64,000 nucleotides of DNA from a virus: IMG/VR virus record IMGVR_UViG_3300027779_002128, positions 11,632 through 75,631 of that record. One strand, 5' to 3'. Both the position numbers and the translations under genes were made by a program. A model generated the notes under the pieces. It had not been told where the DNA came from and made no database searches. It saw only the letters and a program-made list of their open reading frames with translations. Positions 10,157 to 18,458 of this stretch are shown here, one piece after another; positions within the stretch are counted from its first letter, which is position 1, and each line of letters starts with the position of its first letter.

Positions 10157-10311
10157 TCCTCTTTAAACAAACAGAACCTACTATGTCCGCTAGATGTTTT
10201 ATAAACAAATTGTGCCGCTAACAGTTGTATTACTTTGCCTTCAAACTTTCCATTAAGACGACATGTGTGTTCTATCTTATCGCCTAGCTCAGGTTTCTTA
10301 CGGCTACTCAT
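10141..10311 (-). CDS. Small hypothetical protein (56 aa, MSSRKKPELGDKIEH...CLFKEDWKKI), not in the ORF track
   Basis: ATG overlaps the TGA of the upstream gene (ATGA); open to TGA at 10141; fills the gap. Confidence 0.7.
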   Translation of the reverse strand: MSSRKKPELGDKIEHTCRLNGKFEGKVIQLLAAQFVYKTSSGHSRFCLFKEDWKKI

Positions 10312-11264
10312 GTTCCTACAGTTTCTATTTCTTGTGCCTTAGCAATTTTCTTTGTAGGTGCTTTAGGCTGTGTAATAAACTTAATTAGTTCATCACCGAT
10401 TCTATTTATAGCCCACTTATTCATAACATGTAGATCAACTCCCTTCCATCTAGTAAGAATAAAGTCGCCCGGACTCCTGACTTTTTCTAAATATAATAAT
10501 AGATCGTTGCTCGCCAATGCTCTATCAACATCATCAAGATCAAATGTTTTATATAATTTGTGTGGTAACTGTGCTACGCCTTTGTCTTGGTAGCCTCCAA
10601 TCATGTGGGCGGCAATACTAAAACTATAATCGTTTCTATACATGCTTCCTTGCCACTTGTATAAGTCTCTGTAAAAATCTTTGTTGTTCTTAACATGCTT
10701 TACAAAATTAAAAAATGTTTCTGCATACGTTGACTTTTTAAAATAAACTACTGTAGCCCAATACATTGTTATACCAGTTGGACCGAGTCTATCTAGTTCC
10801 TCAAAGTTTCTTTCTGATAGTACGTCCTGAAACTCCCAATTCATCATTAGTTCATTGTTATGTCCCCAACATTGATTGAGAGCATCACTCTGTATTAAGT
10901 AATCTACATCTAGTAAAATTGTTTCATCATATGGAGAGATATCATATGCATCGCACCTGTTAACATTGTAAAACTGTAACTGTTTTGATGTATGACTAGT
11001 GTCTTTATACATGCGTATGTTACTTTGCTTGAACTCCATGTCTTTATCAACTACAACTATATTTTTAAATGCTTGTTGCATTTTTCTAATACCAATAGTT
11101 TTTTTGCCATGCTCGAGACTATGAGGATCAGTTACTACAGTAATTTGTGTTCGATCTAATCCCATGTGTTCTTGTATCAATAGACTGTTAACGTATGCTA
11201 ACTTAATGTAATCTATTTCAGTATTGTTATGGGCGAACATTATCACCCCACGACTATTCGCCAC
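10308..11264 (-). CDS. GT8-like glycosyltransferase (paralog of 9106-9969)
   Basis: RGVIMFA..DYIKLA, SPYDETILLDVDYL (DxD), RNDYSFSIA. Confidence 0.7.
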   Translation of the reverse strand: MANSRGVIMFAHNNTEIDYIKLAYVNSLLIQEHMGLDRTQITVVTDPHSLEHGKKTIGIRKMQQAFKNIVVVDKDMEFKQSNIRMYKDTSHTSKQLQFYNVNRCDAYDISPYDETILLDVDYLIQSDALNQCWGHNNELMMNWEFQDVLSERNFEELDRLGPTGITMYWATVVYFKKSTYAETFFNFVKHVKNNKDFYRDLYKWQGSMYRNDYSFSIAAHMIGGYQDKGVAQLPHKLYKTFDLDDVDRALASNDLLLYLEKVRSPGDFILTRWKGVDLHVMNKWAINRIGDELIKFITQPKAPTKKIAKAQEIETVGT

Positions 11265-11625
11265 TGTCGCTTCCTGGATTATTTAAGTCTAGTACAGACG
11301 ATACATTTCTTGCTTTTCTAATTTTTTCATATTCTATGTAATAGTCATTAGTAACTTCAAAGTATCTGCTCATAATCTCTGCATAGAAGTTTGACAAATC
11401 GATTGCAATAGGATGATTATATACATCTAATAGAATAGCTTCAGTGTGTTTATCGTCAAGCAATACTTTAACAAAAGTAATTAGTTCACGGTCAATAGTA
11501 AACGTACCACCGTTAATACTGTAACTAAGCAAACTTTCTGTCTTTGCTTTCAATACATCTTTCTGATTGTTAAGTGTTTGCCTATAATTAGAAAATTCTA
11601 ATGCTGTTTGTAGTTTAGCCGCCAT
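11254..11625 (-). CDS. Conserved-looking phage hypothetical protein heading the glycosylation cluster
   Basis: 123-aa ORF directly downstream of a TATAAATA late promoter. Confidence 0.75.
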   Translation of the reverse strand: MAAKLQTALEFSNYRQTLNNQKDVLKAKTESLLSYSINGGTFTIDRELITFVKVLLDDKHTEAILLDVYNHPIAIDLSNFYAEIMSRYFEVTNDYYIEYEKIRKARNVSSVLDLNNPGSDSGE

Positions 11626-11640
11626 ATTTTAACTCTCGTG

Positions 11641-11648
11641 TATTTATA
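11641..11648 (-). promoter_or_regulatory. T4-type late promoter TATAAATA
   Basis: Exact T4 late consensus 16 nt upstream of the 11625 start; a gp55-like sigma is encoded in this window. Confidence 0.7.
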
Positions 11649-11662
11649 CTGATATTTAAGCC

Positions 11663-11698
11663 AAAAAAAAGCCAGTCAATGAATAAACTGGCTTTTTT
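11663..11698. terminator. Rho-independent terminator (A/T tracts on both sides)
   Basis: AAAAAAGCCAGT...ACTGGCTTTTTT inverted repeat just downstream of the 11715 stop on the minus strand. Confidence 0.8.
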
Positions 11699-11714
11699 AT
11701 AGTTGTGTATTAAA

Positions 11715-12680
11715 TTACGAGCCTGTTACAGATCCAACGCTATCTACTGGAACACCAAAGCTAAATCCTGAGCCACTTGCATCTGGTTGCCATCTTCTAG
11801 CATTTAAAGTTAATGTACCTGTTGCTGGTGCATCGATTACGTTATCTGATGCATCAACTAATGTTGTTTTAAATGTAACTACAGTTGGATTAGTTGTTGA
11901 ATTTACTTTACCAAACACTTTAATATAGTCATTACTGTATGGTGAACTTGCACCGTAGTAAGACCAAAGCTCTGCAAAACTTGTTGTTAGTTCGTAAAAA
12001 CCTTTTCCTTGACTTGTTCCTGCGTCAGCACTTGCTGTATCATATTTTAGATAGAAATTACCCATACCACTTAATCTGTTAACATGTGCTGTATACTGAG
12101 CACCAGATGATCCTGTGTAACTTCCTGAAACTCCAAGTTGGCCACCACCGTTAAAGAAACCTCTAGCTTCTGCTTCATTGGAAAACGTCCATGTAGTTTC
12201 TTGATTTAGTGTACCAGTCCACGATGTTGTACGAGTTGCACTTGCATCTGTTGATACTGTTGTAGTTGAAGGACCGAAACGATCATTCCAGCAATCTTGG
12301 ATATTTAACATTAAGTTAGTCCATGTTGCCGCTACAATATTAGTACTTGTTGTGACGTCTGTGTTAACGTTAGCTCTTAAAGAAACCCCTAAGAATGCAC
12401 ACATAGCCTGTACGTCATCCTGTAGGTCTTTAAAACCACCTGCGCCTGCTGTTGTTATAGAGCTACCTGCTGATGCTGATGCAACGCCGGCTCCGCCTTG
12501 TCCCCAACCATACGTTGATGCCGCGGTATATGTTCCTAATGTAACATCTTGTGCGTTAGACATTAATGCGTTTACGTTAGTACGAGCATTGGTGAAGTCT
12601 AAATCATCAATGGTATCGCCAGTATTAACGCCTGTCATAGTAGTACCACCTGATACTGTTATACTTGATCCTGATGCCAT
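11715..12680 (-). CDS. Virion structural protein (tail/baseplate associated)
   Basis: Ser/Thr/Gly-rich, with GWGQ and ARGFFNGGG motifs; SD GGAG; follows fibre genes; TAAATA boxes at 12700-12705 and 12716-12723. Confidence 0.65.
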   Translation of the reverse strand: MASGSSITVSGGTTMTGVNTGDTIDDLDFTNARTNVNALMSNAQDVTLGTYTAASTYGWGQGGAGVASASAGSSITTAGAGGFKDLQDDVQAMCAFLGVSLRANVNTDVTTSTNIVAATWTNLMLNIQDCWNDRFGPSTTTVSTDASATRTTSWTGTLNQETTWTFSNEAEARGFFNGGGQLGVSGSYTGSSGAQYTAHVNRLSGMGNFYLKYDTASADAGTSQGKGFYELTTSFAELWSYYGASSPYSNDYIKVFGKVNSTTNPTVVTFKTTLVDASDNVIDAPATGTLTLNARRWQPDASGSGFSFGVPVDSVGSVTGS

Positions 12681-12722
12681 TTAATTCTCCTAATAATTCT
12701 ATTTATTATATAGTGTATTTAT

Positions 12723-15260
12723 CTAGTTTACGCCGATGACTGCTTCAATAACTCCAGCATCACCGTCTTCTTTGTTTTCTAAAGCTCTACCAATAACTGC
12801 TCTAGCGTCATATTGATCACTGCCTAAAGCCCAGGCCAACCCTGGTACATCACTTGATACGAGCCTTTCGCCCTTGTTAATTTTTCCTATAACCCTAACT
12901 GGACATCTTCCTGCCATTGCTACTGGTAAACCCTCTGCACCACTGTTCATTAAGTATGCTGGGTCTGTAGATATCACACCAAACACATCTGTGTCTGCGT
13001 GATTCTCTGTTTGTGTTATTTCTGCACTTCCGCCCAGTTTCACAACTGTGCCTGATTCGTAGTCAGCGTCTGCTGAATATATTTCAGCCAAATCCGCATA
13101 TCTTGCCGTTGTTGCTACGCCACTAAATACGCCGGCTGTTAAAGTATTAGTACTAGGAATATACTGCAATCCTGTATCTGTTTTTAATTCTTGGTAGCTT
13201 GTTGCACCAGTACTAAACGTAATAGAGTGGGAACCAGCCGCTGAATTTTCAGCAGTTAATTTAAGTGTGTTTGCCTTAGTAGCAATACCGGTCATTGTAC
13301 CAGAAACTGTTGCATTAGTAAATGCACTTGTTCCTGAACTTGTAACATCACCTGTTAAGGCTCCAACTAATGCAGTCGAAGTAATACTTGTCATGCCTGT
13401 TAGTGTTGTATCTAAACTTGTTGTTACATCACTGCCTGAAGCAACTGATGTTAATCCAGCACCTGTTTTAATGCCTAATGTTTCAGCATCTAAGTTAATA
13501 GAAAATGTGCCACTGTCTCCAACAACTGTTAAGTCATCATCTGATGCTGTTACTTGTGAGTCAACGTATGCTTTAACTGATTGCTGAGTTGGGATAAGTG
13601 TAGCACTATTAGATACCATGTTATCTTCGTCAACAAAAGCTGTTGCTGTAATTGAACCATCGCTTAATGATCCAAATGTTAATACGCCCGTTGCCGCGAT
13701 ATCTGTTGTTGATAGTGTATTGGATAGTGGAATGTATGACAAACCAGCATCACTTTCTAATTCATATTGTGTATCATCTGTTGAAGCGTTAACGAATGTT
13801 AAGTATCTAGCATTGCCTAATGAACCTTGGTTGTCAATAAGTACTTTAGATGATGCACCTGTAATAGAACTTGAACCTGATAGTATTAATGAACCGTTAC
13901 TGATTGTTAAGTCTGTTCCAGAGCTTAATGTTATATCACTGTTAAATGTTGTTCCGCCTACAAATGTTGTTGTACCGTTTACTGTAATAACGTCTGCACC
14001 AGCATCACCTAAGTTAACTGCACCGTTTAGTGTAGTAACTCCAGAAATTGTTGCACTTGATAATGATGATAAACTAGAAACTGTTACTGCTGTTGCATTA
14101 ATTGTTGCTATAGTGGCTGTGCCATCTACAGTAAGTGATTGTGTATCAATTGCATTACCATATATATTTTCAACTTTTTGTGCATCTGTGCCTAGTGTTT
14201 GCGTGTTAACACCGTTAAGTGTCAATGTACCGTTAATAGTAGTATCGCCGCCTAGTATAGAACCTGCTGTAACAACAATGTTTGCAAATGTGGCTGTGCT
14301 TGTAGTACCTGTAACATCACCTGATACACCAATACTTCCGGCTACTGTTAAGTCACCTGTCACACTAGCCGCGCCTGGAATATTTAATTGAGTGTTAACT
14401 GTTAGTGTATCAACAAATCCAGTTGAGACAGGATTAGATGCATCACCTAATGCTGTTGCATATAGTGTTGCAAAGTTTGATGTTTGTGATGCTTCGTATT
14501 CTGCACGTTGGTTAGAACCAGGTAATATAATACCTGCTGTTCTACCTGTTCTTGCTGAAGCAATACCACCAGACCCTGTAAGTTCTGGATAGTAATCAAT
14601 TGTTTCAGAACCAATTGGTGTTGCAGTTGGGTTAGCAATAGTAAATGATGCATGGTCGGAATACAATGTCATTATTGTTTCTTTCTGACCGTTTACTGTT
14701 GTAGTACCTACGTTGCTACCAGATCCTGATTTAATGTAAACTAGTGCTAAGACAGGAAGGGTTAAACCTCCAGATGTCTTTAAAAATAGTGTTCTTAGTC
14801 TAGTACCGTAATGAGCTGGTGAGCCGTTTGTTGCATTTGATGAGTAAGAAGTTGTTACTTCTCCTGGGTAACTTGCTTCTACAAATGAAGTACCGTTGTG
14901 TATTTCTAATTTATTTGTATCCTGATTAAAAAACTGTGTGCCTGCGCCTTCACCCTCTGTTGGCCTACTGCCAGTGGCGCCAACCACAACACCTGTTCTT
15001 TTCCAGTCTGTTCCGTCCCATACTCTTAATAAGCTCTCACCTTTGTCAAACCAAATTTGACCAATAAGTTTAGTGCCTGGAGTTGGTTCTGCAACGCCGG
15101 CAAAATTCTCAAGATGCCTAATAGTGTTCTGGGCAAAGTATTGTCCATAGTTTGCTGAGTTACGTCCAACTAATGCAAGCGAAAACTGTGTAGTTTCTAC
15201 TGCATTATCGGCAACGGTATATGTTAATGTACCGTCTTTGTTTGTTATTTCATATGCCAT
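12723..15260 (-). CDS. Tail fibre-like protein with C-terminal peptidase-G2-type intramolecular chaperone
   Basis: N-terminal LVGRN..NYGQ..LENFA..GQIWFD anchor; beta-rich shaft; C-terminal YADLAE..GTVV..GVISTDPAYLMN..GRCPV..KGERLVSS. Confidence 0.75.
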   Translation of the reverse strand: MAYEITNKDGTLTYTVADNAVETTQFSLALVGRNSANYGQYFAQNTIRHLENFAGVAEPTPGTKLIGQIWFDKGESLLRVWDGTDWKRTGVVVGATGSRPTEGEGAGTQFFNQDTNKLEIHNGTSFVEASYPGEVTTSYSSNATNGSPAHYGTRLRTLFLKTSGGLTLPVLALVYIKSGSGSNVGTTTVNGQKETIMTLYSDHASFTIANPTATPIGSETIDYYPELTGSGGIASARTGRTAGIILPGSNQRAEYEASQTSNFATLYATALGDASNPVSTGFVDTLTVNTQLNIPGAASVTGDLTVAGSIGVSGDVTGTTSTATFANIVVTAGSILGGDTTINGTLTLNGVNTQTLGTDAQKVENIYGNAIDTQSLTVDGTATIATINATAVTVSSLSSLSSATISGVTTLNGAVNLGDAGADVITVNGTTTFVGGTTFNSDITLSSGTDLTISNGSLILSGSSSITGASSKVLIDNQGSLGNARYLTFVNASTDDTQYELESDAGLSYIPLSNTLSTTDIAATGVLTFGSLSDGSITATAFVDEDNMVSNSATLIPTQQSVKAYVDSQVTASDDDLTVVGDSGTFSINLDAETLGIKTGAGLTSVASGSDVTTSLDTTLTGMTSITSTALVGALTGDVTSSGTSAFTNATVSGTMTGIATKANTLKLTAENSAAGSHSITFSTGATSYQELKTDTGLQYIPSTNTLTAGVFSGVATTARYADLAEIYSADADYESGTVVKLGGSAEITQTENHADTDVFGVISTDPAYLMNSGAEGLPVAMAGRCPVRVIGKINKGERLVSSDVPGLAWALGSDQYDARAVIGRALENKEDGDAGVIEAVIGVN

Positions 15261-15300
15261 CAGAGGATTCCCTCATTAAATTATCTGTTTTCATTATTGT

Positions 15301-15308
15301 TATTTATC
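15301..15308 (-). promoter_or_regulatory. Late promoter GATAAATA
   Basis: Intergenic, about 40 nt upstream of the fibre gene; recurring motif. Confidence 0.6.
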
Positions 15309-15341
15309 ATCTTCTATTAAGTGCGTACATATTTAAATTCT

Positions 15342-18300
15342 CTAAATGCCGAAGCCACCGAAGTCTATTACAATATTAGAGAAATCAATGTCGTCGATAT
15401 TGATTGGGTTAGCTTCTAACCAGGCTATTGCCGCCGCAATGTCAACATCTTCAACTACAGCATTTACTGTTGGTTGAATGGCAACTGGTGCTACATAGCC
15501 ACAGGTTGATGAGTTGTATGCTATTACACTATTATAACTTCCGCCATTTCCATCAGCATAAGTTCCCATTAATGTTGTACCGACGCAATGCTGAGTAACA
15601 TAAGTTCCATAAGGACTATATACTGTGTTGATACTGATTCCACCTTCTTGACTATTGTCAATTGTAGTATCGTCGGTAATTACAACAACAGTTGTTGTAA
15701 TTCCGTTTTCGATGACAGTTCCACCATCTACTGCTGTTGATTTAGGTGTTCCATTTGCGTAATAGTAGCCAGATGCCATTGCCATTGCATAACTATCATA
15801 GCCAACTGCTATCCACCAACCGTCAGTTACTGTATCTATAATAACTGTTGTAGTCTTTAAAGATCCATCATAGTTATACAAGCCAGTAGCTATAGCTTCA
15901 ACGTAATTATCATAACCTGCTGTTGTCCACCAGTATACTGGTACAAATACAGGTGGTATCAATGTTCCATCTTCGTAGTACAAGCCAGTTGCCATTGCTA
16001 GTGCATGGGTAGCGAAGCCTAATTCAATCCACCAATATGTAGTTACTGTAGTGCCAATCCATCCCGGAATGTTAGTTGCCATAGCTGTTAAAGTAATAGT
16101 TCCACCAGTTATTGTTGCCTTACTATCTGTGTTGTAGAACTGCCAAGTAAACACACAAGATGAAGTATGTATACTGCTAAAAAGGTTTTCTGCATCTACA
16201 TTTAATGTACATGTACTGCCTGAGAAACTTGTTGAAGCTATAGCGTCTCCCATAGCTATTCTCTGTCCTGGCCCCCAATAACTATAGTTAACGTTGTTGT
16301 CATAGAAGATATCAGGTTGCCATAATATGTCTTCTTGACTAGTAAAGCTCGTAATTTCCCCAACTCCGGTTATCTTTGGAATCCAGGCGCCTTCTAAAGG
16401 TATTGGAGATGCATAAGACAATGCTCCGGAATTATTACCAATATATGATCCTTGTCTACCAACAGTAAATGTTGAATCACTATTTAATGTTACACTTACT
16501 GCAACTGTTCCATTATAGCCTGATTCCAAAGAATGGCCGCCTGATGCCAATGCTGAGATTGATGATAAGGTTACAGTAGGTAAGGTAACTGGCTCTGCAT
16601 GTATATTTGTAATTGTTAATGTACCTGAACTATGATAAAGTATGCCGTCCCTATAAACACTAATAACACCAGTTTCATCTGCATAATGAGTAGCTCGTGT
16701 AGTTGATGTTACTGTAAACGATCCTGTGTAAACGTTTTGTGCAGTAAATGATGTTGTAAAACTACCACTGGTTGCAGTAACTGATGCGGCCGGAAACGTT
16801 GTGTCCCAGGTATAATTATTTTGTGTAAAGTTCACACCAACAAGTGTCATCGTAAATGCCGAGCCTTCGTCAAGCGTACTTACATTTACACCTGTTTGAC
16901 TTGTTACTATCGTTGGCTCACCTGTATTAGTTACTGTACAAGTTTTTGTAATTGCAGTCGCATCATTCCATGCAGGTGTGCCAGCAACTGGTGTAGCTGT
17001 TAGGCTTATAGTCCTTGTTGCAGAGCTATTGCTAGGCTGTGTTTGCCATGTAAATGTCATCGAATTTGCTGTTATTGGTCTATCTGAGTTCCAAATAGAC
17101 GGAGATTGGTAATCTGTGTACCAGCCATCTGATATAGTAACATACTGTCCAATTGCATGTTGTGTATTTAATGTTGCTGTAATTGTTTTATACTCGTCAG
17201 TAACAGTTGTCTCACCTAACGTCCAACTTACAAGCGTTGGTACAGCATTGTCTACTACTGTTTTATCAATAGTAATTGATTGCTGAATAACTTTTGAACC
17301 ACTTATTGCAGTACCTGTTGTACCATCAGGTTGTGTGTATGTAGCCGATGCTGATACAGTCAGCTTATATTGAGTCTCTCCTACACTTGAATATGTATAT
17401 GTTTTTTGTACTCTATGTGCTACACCATCTAACGAATCGCCAAATTCAGAAGTTACGTTAGTCCAACTGCTTCCACCGTCTGTACTTTTTTCTACTACAT
17501 GGCTGTAAGCAAATGGTGATGTTACTTTCCACCCAGGCGACATAGGAATACTTGCACTATATGAAAAGTTTGTTCTTATCTGAGGATTACTTGTTGCTGT
17601 ACCATCAGTGTACTCTACTATAGTACCACTCCCATTTATCCCGCCACCTGGTAAAGCAAAGACGCTACCAGCTATCGCTACGCCTGGCGCCACTGCCGCA
17701 CTAGTTACAATTACTTTAAAACTTGCTACTTGTTGTTGACTTGTTTGTTTAATTCCTAAGTCTTCTCCGTCAGCACCAACTCCTGAAGTAGTTGCAATAG
17801 CAACAGCTACATAAGTTTTAGTACCGATAGCATCGTCAGAAGTAGTAAAGGTTGATTGGAATGTTACAGCTTGGGAGAGTACCGAGGATGTACTTTTACC
17901 AAAGTCATTAGCAACTTCTTGTTTAATTTGGTTTAAACCAGTTAATGTAAGTCCGGTTATGAGCCCTAAACTGTAGTGATCGTATGACCACCTGCCGTCT
18001 GATGTTTGGGTGCCTCCGGCGTCGCCCCAGCCAGGAGACGTTTGGTGTCCGTATGAATTTGTGCTTACTAAAGTGTATCCACCTCCTGTAGTTTCGTACC
18101 AGTTTACTGTTGGGTTTACTTTGTTAGGTACAGGGGTATATAGTAAAACTGGTTGGGATTCAGGTGGTGTAACATTGATATCAACTGTCATAACAACGTC
18201 ACCGCTGTTCTGATATATACTTGTAGGTGACTCCGTACTGGAAAGAAGATTAAAAGTTTGACCAGTGGGTACGTTGTCTGGAAGTTGTGTTAGGTTATTA

Positions 18301-18458
18301 AATGAACTAAAACTTAGCGATGGACCTTCAACAGTTGATACGGAATTTGTTGAAGAATTAAGGTATGGCACACCTTTATAACTACTGATGCCATCGGTAC
18401 CTTTAAGATGTGCTTTTATTTCTGAGAGGCTAATTCCACCAGTTTTACTTATTGCCAT
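15342..18458 (-). CDS. Tail fibre-associated/receptor-binding protein with beta-sandwich domains and C-terminal repeats
   Basis: N-terminal GGISLSEI..SLSFSSF motif typical of proteins following S74 fibres; Thr/Ser-rich; three WW..G..A.A.G.Y..DG repeats. Confidence 0.6.
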   Translation of the reverse strand: MAISKTGGISLSEIKAHLKGTDGISSYKGVPYLNSSTNSVSTVEGPSLSFSSFNNLTQLPDNVPTGQTFNLLSSTESPTSIYQNSGDVVMTVDINVTPPESQPVLLYTPVPNKVNPTVNWYETTGGGYTLVSTNSYGHQTSPGWGDAGGTQTSDGRWSYDHYSLGLITGLTLTGLNQIKQEVANDFGKSTSSVLSQAVTFQSTFTTSDDAIGTKTYVAVAIATTSGVGADGEDLGIKQTSQQQVASFKVIVTSAAVAPGVAIAGSVFALPGGGINGSGTIVEYTDGTATSNPQIRTNFSYSASIPMSPGWKVTSPFAYSHVVEKSTDGGSSWTNVTSEFGDSLDGVAHRVQKTYTYSSVGETQYKLTVSASATYTQPDGTTGTAISGSKVIQQSITIDKTVVDNAVPTLVSWTLGETTVTDEYKTITATLNTQHAIGQYVTISDGWYTDYQSPSIWNSDRPITANSMTFTWQTQPSNSSATRTISLTATPVAGTPAWNDATAITKTCTVTNTGEPTIVTSQTGVNVSTLDEGSAFTMTLVGVNFTQNNYTWDTTFPAASVTATSGSFTTSFTAQNVYTGSFTVTSTTRATHYADETGVISVYRDGILYHSSGTLTITNIHAEPVTLPTVTLSSISALASGGHSLESGYNGTVAVSVTLNSDSTFTVGRQGSYIGNNSGALSYASPIPLEGAWIPKITGVGEITSFTSQEDILWQPDIFYDNNVNYSYWGPGQRIAMGDAIASTSFSGSTCTLNVDAENLFSSIHTSSCVFTWQFYNTDSKATITGGTITLTAMATNIPGWIGTTVTTYWWIELGFATHALAMATGLYYEDGTLIPPVFVPVYWWTTAGYDNYVEAIATGLYNYDGSLKTTTVIIDTVTDGWWIAVGYDSYAMAMASGYYYANGTPKSTAVDGGTVIENGITTTVVVITDDTTIDNSQEGGISINTVYSPYGTYVTQHCVGTTLMGTYADGNGGSYNSVIAYNSSTCGYVAPVAIQPTVNAVVEDVDIAAAIAWLEANPINIDDIDFSNIVIDFGGFGI

